From NCBI RefSeq assembly GCF_009914755.1, contig NC_060941.1: a DNA stretch of 64,000 nucleotides; one strand, 5' to 3'. How positions within the stretch are numbered: the stretch's first letter is position 1; each line of letters opens with the position of its first letter. A program made the translations under genes and the position numbers. A model generated the notes under the pieces. The model saw only the letters and a list, made by a program, of their open reading frames with translations. It made no database searches and was not told where the DNA came from. Shown here one piece after another: positions 18,940 through 32,613 of this stretch. The DNA comes from the human T2T-CHM13v2.0 reference genome, Homo sapiens.

Positions 18940-19350
18940 TGCTTTATATGTGCTTTGACCTTGGCAAAGAAACCTCTCTGGGCGTCAGTTTCTTCATCTG
19001 TAGATTGGGGATAATAAGACTATCTTTTAGGGCTCCTGAAAAGATCAAACGTGTTAATTATTTATATAATGTGTAGCACAGAGTTGTATAAACATTTATA
19101 CTTATTTCAGGTTTAAGAAGCATTTTGACACTTTGAAAGTACTTTCTGCTTATATGTTAATTTGAGTTGCAACATCCCTGTGTTATGGAGAGGAATGATT
19201 AAAATCACCATCAGCTCTTTTTTAAAAAGAAAGAGAAAATGAAGTTCAAAAGGCTTCCACAGCTTGCTTCTGGTCACACAGAGAGCAAGTGGAAGAGCCA
19301 GGTCTGGGCCTTAGCTTACTGTCATACCCCACAGACAATTCACACACCAC
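18940..19350. mobile_element. Two MIR remnants in opposite orientation
   Basis: Core tgaccttggcaa..aacctctctgggcgtcagtttcttcatctgta, followed by antisense core ggtcacacag...gagccagg. Confidence 0.6.
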
Positions 19351-19368
19351 TGAACAAGAATGGAAAAG

Positions 19369-19709
19369 TCTCGGGGCATTGTAGCTCACGCCTGTAATCC
19401 CAGCATTTTGGGAGGCCAAGGTGGGTGGAACACTTGAGCTCAGGGGTTCAAGACCAACCTGGGCAACATGGTGAAATCCCATCTTTACAAAAAATACAAA
19501 AATTAACCAGGCTTGGTGGTGCGTACCTGTAGTCCCAGCTGAGGTGGGAGGCTGAGGAGGGAGGATAACTTGAGCCTAGGAGACGAAAGTTGCAATGAGC
19601 TGAGATTGTGCCACTACACTCCAGCCTGGGCAACAGAGCAAGGCCCTGTCAAAAAACAACAAACGAAACAAAAAAACAAAAAATAAACAAAAAATAAACA
19701 AAAAAAACA
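19369..19709 (+). mobile_element. AluJ with (AAAC)-type tail
   Basis: Diverged dimer; TSD gaatggaaaa on both flanks. Confidence 0.9.
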
Positions 19710-19779
19710 GAGAAGGAATGGAAAATATGTTGTCATATCTCTTTCATGGCCTTGAATTATGATTTCAGAAGTGACTTAC

Positions 19780-20600
19780 TTGACAATTATTTACAGATGC
19801 TTTACATTCATTTCTGACTGGTTCCCAAACACAGTGTATCCCAAAATTAGCATAAAATGTCTGACCCTGCAACTCTTCTGATGAGTGGTTAATATCCTGT
19901 TGGGAAATATACCGAACAGGAAACCCGCAACAACTCCCCTCGCCACACACTGCCAGTAGCCGCAACGGCAAGAACCTTCCCTCGATTGTCTACACTTTGA
20001 GTTTTGCTTAAACAATGCATTTGCATCTGAGACCTAGAGGAAGGCACATATCCAGAATCCCTGCCTTGAGTCCTTAACTCTGAAAAAGTCTTAGTGATGA
20101 GTTCTACCCCTTCCTGCCGGTGAAGGTAACTCTGATCTGCCTTAACGGGAGTCATGTGCTGTTACTATTATAAGGCCAACTTCACAGAGCTAAATAGTCT
20201 CAACAAATGTCCAGATGTTCAGATAAAAAAGAAAGAAAAAACCACTTTAGCAGGCCTAGTTGAAGGCCACATAAATAGTAGTAAAGCTGCTGAAGCTATT
20301 TGCATTTCGCACCCAATACTTTCAGGCTCTCTCTGCCTTAAATTAGAGAGTGTGATTGTTCAGCCCAGCCGTTTCCTAACCTCCACGGGTGTGAACAGTG
20401 AAAAAATACAGATAACAGATTGTCTCTGTACAGGGATGAACACAGCCATTTTTGTGTCTTGCTTTTCCTCTTCTCTTCTCTTCTCATTAACTAAGCACTC
20501 AAGGCCTCCGGGCACGTTCTCTGTTCTGTGCATGCTGATGCTGGCCCATTGCGCGGGGGTGGGGGACTGAGCTTTCCAGCCTCTAATGTCAGATGTCCCA
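19780..20600 (-). promoter_or_regulatory. Candidate promoter/enhancer with a possible non-coding first exon
   Basis: Repeat-free, local CpG cluster at 19912-19985, ETS-like caggaaa, minus-strand donor CAA|GTAAGT at 19780/19779. Confidence 0.3.
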
Positions 20601-21346
20601 CTTTCAGAACATAACTTGTAAAGTTTCCCAAAGGAATGCGGTTCAGGGTGCCCTTTGGTTCAAGGCATGAGCTCACTGTCTTGCAAGAGCAGTAAATTAT
20701 TTTGTGCTGCAGAGGAATTGTGTGAGTTTTGAATGGTAGGCTCATAAACTCATGATTTATAATTAAATTAGCCCTCAGGAAAATGTCCCAAGTTATATCT
20801 ATTTGGCTTTCTCCAGCTTTTTTGAAGGTCCTACAAACAGACTAAATGGAAATTTCGCTTAAGAAATTGTTGTCATAAAATTTTATAGGACCATCTCAGT
20901 GGTTAGGGGACTGTTAAACATCCCTGCAGGGGGAAAAACAAACACAATTAGACACAGACTAGCTACTCTGTTTGGAGGGTGAAAACCAAAGTCACGCTGG
21001 AAATGCCACATCCACAGAAGCACAGCGTTTGGCCTGAGCTGGATTTTCGGATGTAAGATTACCATTAAAAATCTGTTGGGTTCTAACTTTCTATTTTGTT
21101 ATTTTCTTTCTTCGCTTTTTCCTTACTTCCTCATTTTTTTCAATAAAAAAATTGTTTTGTTTCTTTCTCCCTTTTAAAATTATTTTTCATTTTTATTTGT
21201 TATAAAATGCATATAAAATGTAGCATCCCCACCATTTTTAAGTTTACAAGTTCAGTAGCATTAAATACATTCACATTTTCACACAACCATTATTACCACC
21301 ATCCATCTACAGAACTCTTTTCATCTTGCAAGCTGAAACTCGCATG

Positions 21347-21408
21347 CATTAAATAACAACTCACAAAGTCATTAAATAACAACTCACAAAGTCATTAAAT
21401 AACAACTC
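21347..21408. repeat. 23-bp perfect tandem repeat, 2.7 copies
   Basis: cattaaataacaactcacaaagt twice, then cattaaataacaactc. Confidence 0.95.
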
Positions 21409-21488
21409 CCATCCCTTATCCTCTGGCAACCACCATTCTACCTTCTATCTCTTTGAGTTTGACTCTCTCTAGGTATCTCATATAAGTA

Positions 21489-21569
21489 TTAGGTTGGTGC
21501 GAAAGTAGTAGCAGTTTCTGCCACTTAAAAGTAATGGTAGAAACCACAATTACGTTTGCACCAACCTAA
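21489..21569. mobile_element. MADE1 (Hsmar1-derived MITE)
   Basis: ttaggttggtgc...gcaccaacctaa terminal inverted repeats, ~80 bp, flanked by TA on both sides. Confidence 0.92.
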
Positions 21570-22379
21570 TAGAATCATACAGTATTTGTCTTTCTGTGAC
21601 CGTCTTATTTCACTTATCATCATGTCTTTGGTTCATCCATGTTCTAGCACGTGTTGGAATTTCCTTCCTTTTTAAGGCTGAATAATATCCTCTCGAAAAT
21701 ATATATCACATTTTTCATATCTATTTATCCATTAGACACTTGGATCCTTTTTCTTTTTATTAATTAGTCATGCCTTTAGTATTGAGTTGTTTTCGGCAAA
21801 GCTGCAACTAACAGTTGTGTAGATTGTCGGTGCATGAGTTGGTTGCATGGTGGGTGATCGTGGGTGTGAGTGAGCTGAGAAAGCTCAGTTTCCTTTGCTC
21901 GTCATGGCCTCTTCTTTTGAGCCTCTCACAGCACAACATGATAACAACATGACAGGAATATGAGATAAGGAGTTTGTGGAACAAAGACACAAGCTACAAG
22001 TCACATTGGATTTTCAGGCTAAGAACCTTTATTATGCAGACAACAAATATTCCATAATGTGGCCTATACTAGGTAAGTACAAATACAGGTGAAGCATCTT
22101 TGTATGGTACACACTTCAATTTGATCACTCTGTCTACCCTGTGTACAAATGGAATGCACTGGACTTTTATTTGTCTTACTGATATTGGCCCATTATTATT
22201 CAGTCTCCTGTTGTAGCAATTGTCACTATCTTCCTCTTAAAGCTTCCATTTGCTTGTGCTGACCATTTCCTATCTTCTCTCCAATTGCTAAAGCTCTTAT
22301 ATTCTTTGTTGAGCAGGTGATCAACTTAGGTGACAAATTCACACTTCTCACCAGCTCCCTTAAAACTACTGACAGCAAC

Positions 22380-22630
22380 TGATGTCTATGGAGTGACTTA
22401 CTGTATCTGTCAAGAGCTCTGCTAGGCACTTAACATACATTATGTCATTTAATCAAAACAATGCCTTACTTTAACTATTATTATTGTTCCTGTTGCATAG
22501 ACAAAAGCCCGAGACTCAGTAATACTCTGTGACTTGCCCAAGGTCACAGAGCTAGGCAGGGATGGACCTGGGTTCAATGACAGGCTGTATGACTTCAAGT
22601 CTTATACTTTTTGATTTGAGACACTGCCTT
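22380..22630 (-). mobile_element. MIR
   Basis: gtgacttgcccaaggtcacagagctag core. Confidence 0.75.
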
Positions 22631-23994
22631 AGAACACTTTGTCATATCAGAAAGGGAGTTCAGCTCAAACCCTCTTTTGTGTTAGCAATATTGAAATTTA
22701 CTTATGATTTAATATAGTTATTTGGGGGGTATTATTTTGTGTATGTGGCTTTTTTTTACTTGTATATTTCATTTAATTTTTTTATTATGAACTCACTGTT
22801 TACTATTGTTCTATTTTTCCCATCATGATCAACAATAGAAGTATGAAAACTAGATGCATAGTTAGATTTTTTACCATGAACAGCAGAACTCAATTCAAAC
22901 TGCTTAAGAAATACAGATCTTTAGCACTTCACATTTTAGTAAGTCCACAGGATGATGGTTGCTGGGAGTGGTTGATGTTGGACTCGTTGATACCAAATTT
23001 GAAATATTCCAGGAGGTAAGGGTCTGGCATCCTTGATGATGGCTTCCTCTCCCAGCTGGGAGCAAGATGGCTGAGAAAGCCCTAGGCATCGTACCTAGAC
23101 ACACGATACCCAGAGAGGAGGGGTCTTCTCCTCTCGTGTCTCCTTGGGAGTGGGAGAGCATTTTCCAGGTGCATTCCAGCCAAATTTTCATCTTTTTTCA
23201 CTGGCTACAATGGATCCAGGTGCCTATGCTAAAACCGGTATCTGAAAAAAGTGAAATAGAATGACCAGAATTAGGCAGTCATTTGGGGGTGAAACTGATG
23301 GTAGGGAATCAAATTCAGTGATTAATATATGTGTATATAATGAGTATGAAAACATACAAATATGTTGTTATTACCTGATAAGGTAGATAGCATGATATAG
23401 GTATTCTATCTGCTACTTCTTTTATAATTAAAAAAATCCCTTTACTGGAGCTAAAGTAGTTCTATAGAGGTAGCCGTGAGGCTGGAGCCTCATAGGTCAT
23501 GGAGTGTTTGGGGGTGGGTGTAGAGAGGAGAGAGGGTGGGTGACTAATAGGAGAGAAGAAGCATTTCAGGGCAAGGGACCGGCACAAGTAAAGGCAGAGA
23601 GCTGGAAAGAATAGGGTGTGCTTCTGGGTTGTGATTGGGTCATGATTCCCTGGTCGCAGTTCCCTGGCAAGCGAGGAATCTGGAAGAGTGAATATGGATG
23701 AACTGTAGGCGGTCTTGAGAGTCAGGTCTGAAGAATTGGCCTCGCCAGTGAGTTTATACCCATAAAAGATGTGTACAAGGAAGAAAGGAAAACCTGAAGC
23801 AAACAAGACATAATAAAGGGCAGTGCTCACCATAAGTCTACTCTTACGCATGATAAAATTTTAGAAATCCAAGTCCCCTCTCTTTCTAGTTAGGTTACTG
23901 TGCCTAAGTTCTTCCTCCATAAGAGTGTCAAAGCCGCGCTGGTGATAGTGATCAAGGATGGGATGGTACAACCCCCTGTTCTCTACCCTACATC

Positions 23995-24130
23995 TCCTTC
24001 CTCCCTCCCTCCCTCCCTCCCTCCCTCCTTCCTTCTTTCCTTCCTTCCTTCCTTCTCTTTCTCTTTTTTCTTTTTATTTTCTTTCTCCCTGTCCTCCCCT
24101 CCTCTCTCCTTCCTTTCATTGTCTTTTCTT
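23995..24130. repeat. Polypyrimidine (CCCT)n/(CCTT)n low-complexity tract
   Basis: Read directly. Confidence 0.9.
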
Positions 24131-24459
24131 TACTCAAGGGCACTCTTTGTTTCTGGAGGTCTCAGTACAGGGCCTCACCACCGTAGGCACCTGGTGACTG
24201 CTTGTTGAACTCAATCGAAGTCTTCATGTTATCTTCTCCTTTCTTCCTCTTCTTTTTATTTAGGGTAACAATCCCTCCATTTTTGGTGACTCTCTACTCT
24301 GCCTAACCTTAAGTTTTTCTAAGGTACTAGGGAAATTTCTTCATCCACTTATGGATTCTCAGGGACAAAGGTGTTTCTGTTCCCTGTGTTCAGCATCTCA
24401 GCTGTTTGATGGAATGTGTTTCTGAAATTTGGGTTCTTCTGCTAGAGTAGCTGCTTAAA

Positions 24460-24678
24460 GCAGGATCCACGGGCCTTGGGGGAGCCAAGTATGAGCTCTA
24501 AGACCTGCTATCTCCAGGTAGATAGTGTGAGGATCAAATTAGAGGACACCCAGCTGGTGTCCTGGAGAATTGCTTGGTCAGTGTGAGGGGAAAACCCACA
24601 CACATTTTGGTCATAAGGGGTGACTTGCATGTGAGAGTAGAGTAGGGAAAGTACTTTGGTTTTTCTCTTTGCAATTGT
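24460..24678 (+). mobile_element. MER21-like LTR, 3' part
   Basis: aattagaggacacccagctggtgtc...gaattgcttggt...ggggaaaacccacacacattttgg. Confidence 0.6.
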
Positions 24679-25419
24679 TATGTGGTCTCAGAAGCCTCTA
24701 CCCATGGACTCAGATGCCCCATTTCCTCAGGGTGAGGGCAGACGTAGTCAAGACAGTTTCTGAATGTTCATAAAAGTTAGTAATAATGACATGGTCCTGG
24801 AAGCTGAGGCTTTCTTTGGCAAGAGCTGGCTTTATAGGGGAATGCTTCTTGAGCCCAAAGAGGCTCAGGATCTGGTAAACTTGGAGGATAGAATTCCTTC
24901 CATAAACCATAATACACCATGATGTGAGAGAACTTTTCCAGACCCAAAGCAGATATAGGCTAATAGCTGGCCATAAGAGAAAGACTAGAGAGGATAAGAT
25001 TTGCAGTTAGGTGCTGGTAGGTACCTGAAAAGGAATCACGTATAAACTTCTTCACTGAATCAAGCCCCAGAAGAGACCAGAGAATCCTCTGATAATTTGA
25101 GGAAGCCACAAGCAACCTGTCTCTTACATTTCAGGTAAAGTCCAAGAAAGCCAGGAGCCTTCTACTGGGTCTCCCTTTTCCAGCTTGTGAGGTAAAACCT
25201 CAAAAAATAGAATCAATGGCATGGCACGGCTTAGAGAAGAAGGGGGCACCCAGTGTCACTTCCCTCTTGAGTCTCCCATGACCTCAGAGTGGTGCCAGAG
25301 TGGGTGTGGGCTACCCACACCTCCAAGATGGGTGTGGCAGGGAGTGTGGGCAGGTTGGGAGACCCAGATGAAAAAGCTCACTTGCTGCCAGAGAGAGGTG
25401 GGAACACTTCGGCAGTGCT

Positions 25420-26059
25420 TGTTACTGAACCAGACTTGCTTTGCCTATTGCACAGTATGCCAATCACTGAGATGATGAGTTTTGCATTGCAGAAAGGGTT
25501 TATTCACAAGGCAGCCGAGTGAAGAGACCGGAGAACAGGACTCAAATCTACCTCTCTGAAGATGGGGGTTTTAGGGATATTTATGGGCCAGGGGAGCAAG
25601 GTGGTATGAAGCATAGGGAAAGGTGACTGGGGGTAATGAAAAGTGAGGCAATTGGTGATCTTCACAAGCATAGTCAAGCTTCATGGCTCTTTATAGGATG
25701 CATGTTCATAAAATAGCATGGTTAGCATGATCTAAAGGTATATTTTTAGGCCCTCTGATCTCAAATGGTCACCTATCGCACACTCATGCAGGCTTATTTG
25801 AAGGGTCGGTGGTCTCAGTAGGCTTGAAGTGGGTAAGAACTGACTCTACGTTCCTGAAAAACAACTTAGGCAACTGTTACCATGGTGACTCATACATCAG
25901 AGATGTCGTCTATAAGGAAGCTAGTGGGAATTTAGATATATATTGTTTCGCTACATCACTTTTAGCTAAATGGGTTTTAAAATCGACTAAAAGCAAGTGA
26001 CCGAAAACAAGTGAGGTAAGTTAAGTTTGTGGATCCAAACAGATTAGCCTTAGGTTTCA
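25420..26059 (-). mobile_element. ERV1 (MER4-group) solo LTR, subfamily uncertain
   Basis: tgttactg...ggtttca termini, ~640 bp; antisense AATAAA (tttatt) near its 3' end. Confidence 0.65.
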
Positions 26060-26204
26060 CAGGTGTGGTGGGGGTACAGCCACAGGCAAAACCAGATGGG
26101 AGGAGTCCCATCAGCATTGGATTCCTAGGTGCACGGGACAGGGACGGACTGTGGTGTGCGACACCCCCGTGCACCAACACCTGACACCGGGTCACTGGCC
26201 ATAA

Positions 26205-26741
<537 letters not shown>

Positions 26742-26904
26742 TGACCATGACATTTACACCCTCTACATATGGTCATCAGTCTGTAGGTGAAATTGGCAAC
26801 TGGATAGTACTCGCTACTATTCCTCTGGACCAGCTGAGTCGTGGGCCTCTAAATAGCTGTCATGAGGGAGTTCTTAAAGGTAGAGAATTTAATATCTGAG
26901 CTTC

Positions 26905-27043
26905 TGTGTGTGCGTGTATATGTGCGTGTGCATGTGTAGTGTATGTGCGTCTTGTGTACGTGTGTGGTGTGCATCTGTGTATGTATGTGTGGTGTGTGCA
27001 TGTGTGGTATGCATATCTGTGTGTGAGTGCATGTGTGTGTATG
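26905..27043. repeat. Degenerate (TG)/(TGTA) purine-pyrimidine tract
   Basis: Read directly. Confidence 0.9.
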
Positions 27044-27379
27044 TCAATGTTGTCTTCAGTTTCATGTCAAGTATTTCACGTATGCCTACATTTTCTATCA
27101 TCTTTGTCTCACTTTCACTTGAGGCAAATGATCAAAAGCTGATTGATCATTTGAAGACATGAATTGAAAGGGGCTAAAAAAGTGTTACTTTTCTGAATAA
27201 TATTTTTGGCTACTTAAAAAAAGTAAAGTCTTTTTAAAATGGAGGTGATAGTAGCCTTTTACTTCCTGTTGTCAGATTATATTGGAACATTTATTTTTTC
27301 ACCTGTAAGTTCACAGGGCAAAGGGGTTATGGCTTGGCTGGACATTTTTCAGGAGATGAGAAGACCAAAGTTGGTGAAG

Positions 27380-27765
27380 ATTACACGTGGCTTGAGAATA
27401 TGCAATATGAAGACATGTTGAGAAAATGATGTGATAAAAAGAATAGTCTAAAGAAAGTAAGATTCAGAAGGGTTATGAAGACAGTTTTCAAGTTTCTGAA
27501 GGTGAATGGAAGGTAAATTAAACTTGATTTGTATATTCTCAAATCAAAAAAGTAGAAACAAAATGAGACAACTTTCTGCGTTAAATAGGGCAGTACTTTC
27601 CATCATTCGAGACAAGTCAGACAATTTCAGGTGAATTGCATTCCCTAGGAGACAGGGTGAGTGGAACTTCATCCTAGGATGCCATGGAGAGGCAACCAGT
27701 AGAAGAAAGCTTCACTGGGGCTCCTGTGGTTCCTTTCATCACTGCAATTTTGTGATTTGATGAAA
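27380..27765 (+). mobile_element. CR1/L3 3' fragment
   Basis: acagttttcaagtttctgaagg and terminal ggttcctttc...ttttgtgatttgatga resemble the L3 3' end. Confidence 0.45.
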
Positions 27766-30700
27766 TTTCCATACTATGTAAACTTAAACAGGACCATGAC
27801 CCACTTTTTCCCTCCTTTTACATCTTTTTCCTGGCCTGTTAACAAAGATTTAATGACCTACTAATGCTTGAGGCATTCTTGAAAAACCGCTGTCGGATTA
27901 GCACTTGGTTTTAAAAAAATGAATTTCTTTCTTTGGTTTGTTGCCTTTTCCCCCAAGTAAGATGCATGGTTGTGTTTCTCGCCCCACCTCGACTTTGGGA
28001 ACTGGGCCTCAGTGAGATAAGATTTGCCTGGTTTTGTGTCCTATTTAAAATATGAACTGAGGTGAAGGTTGTGTACTTTGCACTTAGAAGAAAGACTGTT
28101 CCTCTAGCACTTGAACAATTGCCTCTCCCTCCCACTCTGAGTGGCACATGGGTCAACTTGCAGAGAGCTGTGGCTTCCAAGGTTCTCTTCCCATGTGATT
28201 GGATGTCAAGAGAGGCCTCAAGCATAATAACCAGGAGGGGAAAATTTAGAGGAAGTCTGTGGTTCTGATTTGCTACACCAAATTATTCTTAAATCGAGTC
28301 AAAAACATGGGCATATTTCAGTGGTTCTCAAATGGAAAAAAAAATTCTTATCTGGGTTTATGCAGTGGTATTTGCTACATGATTTCCAGTTTTTGTAACT
28401 TCTGCAAAGACAGAAGCTCTAGTGTGGAACGTCCTCCCCTTTTCCAAACATCGAAATCCTGTTTATCCTTAAACACGACTGAGACACTTTCTTCAACCTC
28501 CAATCAGAGGATATCTCATCATTCTTAGAATTTCCACAGCATGTTGTTTATATGCCTGTTTAGCATAAATTTCATTATGCATTGCTCTTTCCATCATTGT
28601 GTTCTCCATAAGATTGCAAATTTCTCAATGGCATCTTCATCTTTATATTCCTCCCATGATACTTGGTGTAATGCCTGTTAATTGGCAGGTGGTGGTGGTT
28701 TGTGGAGTGAAGAGATTAACGAATCTGTCATAACTCCTTTCCTCACCACATTCTTAAACTGTGCAGTAGCCCCCAGAGTAGGGAAAGACACTAAAGAGAG
28801 TGCATGAATTAAATACTTGGCACTTCAGAATAATTTTCATCAAGTTAGCTTGAGAGCTATGAACTTCATCGTTAGACCGTCTTTGTTCTTAAAACTCCCC
28901 TTGCCTCCGTACCCCCTTCTCACTAAAAGAGCCAATATCTGCTTTAAAATCAGCTTCAAAATGGAATGCCTGGATTTACATTACAAGCTCCTGGAGAACT
29001 AAAACTGTCTCATTTATTTTTTTCGCCCGATGCACTTGGCTTCATCCCAGGCAATTGTAGGTCTTCTGTAAATATCTGATGAATTTCTGAAAAAGTAAAG
29101 GAAGGTCAGAATTCATTTAAATGCATATTTTACTCCATATGACGCCAAAGCATTAATGACAAAAGTTTTTACTTTTTGAAAGTTAGCATAGGTTCAACCT
29201 AGAGAATAAAAGACACAGACTTTAAAAACGGTCATTTTGGCTACTTCTGACTAGTAGGTTAGAATTATGGTAGAGGCAGTAACAAAGAAAAATAAATTAA
29301 CAAAATGTGGTTGATTCTGTGGTCTTGTATCGGCACAGCTAAGTAGAATTGTACTAGTGAATAATGAATGTAGGTTGATGGTCATCTACTGTTTAATGGT
29401 TTCCAAACTAACATTTAAATGGAAATGAGTGGCTTATACCAAAGTCCAAATAATATAGTTCTCGGCCAACATTGTATATGAATGTTGATTTTGGATTGAT
29501 GATGGCAGTGTATTAATAAGAAGCCTGAAAGATTATATTATCTCTGTGGGTTACTCAAATAGATTTACACAGAAAATCATTTTGTGGAATAATAAGGGTA
29601 ATTTTATATATGGATAGTGAGAAGGACATTGTGTTTGGCATCTGGAGACCTGGATCATTTTCCTGGCCCTGTAACAAACAACTTCTTTCCTCTGAGAACT
29701 TTTAGCTTTGTCCATCTTTCTGTTGCTGTGCTTGCAACTACAGTATAGTTAATTGTGTAAATATTTGTATTCCATTACTTTTTCTAGGTCGAAGCTGTCT
29801 TGTTTATCTTTGAATTCACAGTGCTTAGCAGAGTGTCCAGTAGTGTGTATGCCCATTACATATCCAGGGAATGCATTGAAATGAAGGAGTTGGATAAGAT
29901 CATTAATTTCTGCTTCTAATGTTTTGAGATTCTCAAGAACAGAGAAATTCAACACACACTCACACACACACATGCAGATTAAATTATGGGCTCAGATTTT
30001 TCAGGGAGAAACCATAGAAGGCATGTAGTCTAATTTTTTCCCCATAGATGAAAAAGTATAGCAAGTCAGTCTCTACACCTTGCAGATACAATAGAAACCA
30101 TCAGACAGGAACTCCTGTAGTTTTCCCATATGAGACATATAACCTTGACCATCAGTAGCCATCTCATCCTTTCTCCTCAGTAGTGTAGGTTCAGGTACCT
30201 CTTCCTGTGTATTCCACACGCCCCCTCCCTGAGTCTCTTACTTTCTCTTGTATATTAAGATTCTCCCTCTCAACTTGGGCTGTCCCTCTCAACTTGGGCT
30301 ATCCCAGTGTTTTTGTTTTTTTGTTTTAAATATTCTTATGTGTCTTCTACACACACACACACACACACACAGCTTTTTAGATCCCATAGCTCTATCCATC
30401 TCAGCCAAACTTCTTGAAAGAGTGGCTCATATTCACTTTCTCTCTTTCCTCATCTTCTGCTCTCTCCATACTCTTCCATCTGCCATTGGCCTCTTTCATG
30501 TCATTGTAGTAGCATTTGGTAAACCTATGAATCACTTGCTGCTGAAACTAACAGAATTCTGGTTGTTCCTTCTCAGGTTTATCTTCCTCAATGATATGTT
30601 TAAAATTGGGAATTCCTTAAGGATCAGTACTCAGTCAAATTCCTTTCTCATTCCATAAGCTCACTATACTGTTCCATGCCCATATTTTGTATTTTCTCTT

Positions 30701-30889
30701 AAATATGACTCTTAGATTTATACTTCAAGCCCAGATCCCTCATATCTCATGCCATTTTGGCTGCCTCAAAGGCATCAAGCCAAACATATCCCACAACAAT
30801 TCATTATACAGTATTTCTCCCTGTCACCAAAAATCTTTTGATTCTCTTTCAATATTTACTGTTTTTTGAAGGATCCTGACTATATATTC

Positions 30890-31162
<273 letters not shown>

Positions 31163-31635
31163 ATATATTCTTATAAAATCTATATCAACTCACCCTCATA
31201 ACAAGTTCTTCAACAAATCCTATTGAGTTTCATCTCCCTAATATCTTTAATCTGTTATGTCTCTTCATCTTCACTACCAACACCCTAGTCTAATCTACCA
31301 TTTTCTATTTCCTGGACTGCTTACTGCCTTCTAAATCGTCTCATCTTCTCTTGACTCCTTCCAATCCAATCTCCAAAGTTCAGACAGATAGATACTATCA
31401 AAACCACTATCTGTTCAAACCTACTCATAAGAACTTCAATGATTTCCCATTACTCTTCAGATGAAGACTAAAATGCTTAACCAGGCCTTCTTAATCATAT
31501 GTAGGCTAGACTCTACTTAATTCTCTACTTCATTTCTCGTAATTTTCCTTCTCATTCTCTGCACTATAGATACTTGACTTTTTTTTTGTCCTGTATACCT
31601 GCTCTCCTCCCTCCAACCACAATGCTTTATAATGC

Positions 31636-31850
31636 TATGCTGGCAACTGTTTAAAAATTAGATTAAAAAAAAAACCACTAAGAAATCTTTCTCTACCCCT
31701 CTCCTCCAAATTCTTATCTTGTAGAATTTGCAGTTTTATTCTCTATGGTGTAATATTCCCAACATGACACCAACTGGCTTGAAATATTCCTGAAAATTCA
31801 ATAATATGCTGTTATGAGTAAGTATGGAGGTGGGTCTTGCACACAGTGAT
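31636..31850. mobile_element. MER63-like hAT DNA transposon remnant
   Basis: atggtgtaatattcccaacatg and attcctgaaaattcaataat motifs. Confidence 0.45.
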
Positions 31851-32451
31851 GACTATTTCTTTCACCTAGATTCTCTATTCTTGTTGCTCTAAAAATCCCC
31901 CCTTATTTCGAGAATCCAGCTACATCAACACTTCCTCAGGGAAGCCTTCCTTGATTTCCCTGACTAGGTTAAATCCTCCCACCAGATGTTCTTGGAGCCC
32001 ATGCAATGCCTGTGTAAGGCCCTTATTGCAGTGTACTTTTACATTTATTTGACGGATTTGATTAATGCCTGTCTCCATGAGTAGACTTTTAAGCTTCATG
32101 AGTAAGACGAACATGTCTGCTTTTGGTCAACATTGAATTCCCAGGGCTCAACACATTATCTGGCATATAGTAAACACTCAATAAATATGTGCTGAATGAA
32201 TGGTCAAAAGGGACTTTTGACATAGAGAGCATCTTGGTTTACTGATGCCTATTTCCACATATATCTGGAATGAAAATGTTTAGAGTGAGGTTACTAATTT
32301 ACTCATAGTGAACTCAGGTACGCTTTCTTACAAATTTAAACTTAAAATTGATCTGCTTTTCCTCACCAACCTAAATTGGTTTACTGGAAGGGGAAACAGC
32401 ATATTTGGGGTGAATCTTGTTCCTTGAGTCTGATTCATAAATTATCTTCAG

Positions 32452-32613
32452 TGTAATTGGATTGTTTGTACCTTAAAGGATAAATGCTTGAGGGAATAGG
32501 TACCCTATTCTCCATGATGTGGTTATTTCACATTGTATACCTGTATCAAAATAATCTCATGTATCCCATAAATATATACACCTACTATGTACCCACAGAA
32601 TTTTAAAAAATAA
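32452..32613 (+). mobile_element. L1MA/PB extreme 3' end
   Basis: aaaggataaatgcttgaggg...aaatatatacacctactatgtacccaca followed by A-rich tail. Confidence 0.85.

Larger units (their letters stand above)
21170..21790 (-). mobile_element. L1MA/MB 3' end
   Basis: Antisense L1 3' UTR: tacaagttcagtagcattaaatacattcaca, ctggcaaccaccattctac, ttttaaggctgaataatat. Confidence 0.8.

Noticed and set aside
21347-21408. Short direct repeats considered as a CRISPR-like array
   Set aside because: No unique spacers, under three copies, eukaryotic L1 context, no cas genes
26889-27162. Cys/Val- and His/Thr-rich ORFs (also near 2450-2759, 49596-49787, 61901-62158)
   Set aside because: Translations of (TG)n/(CA)n tracts
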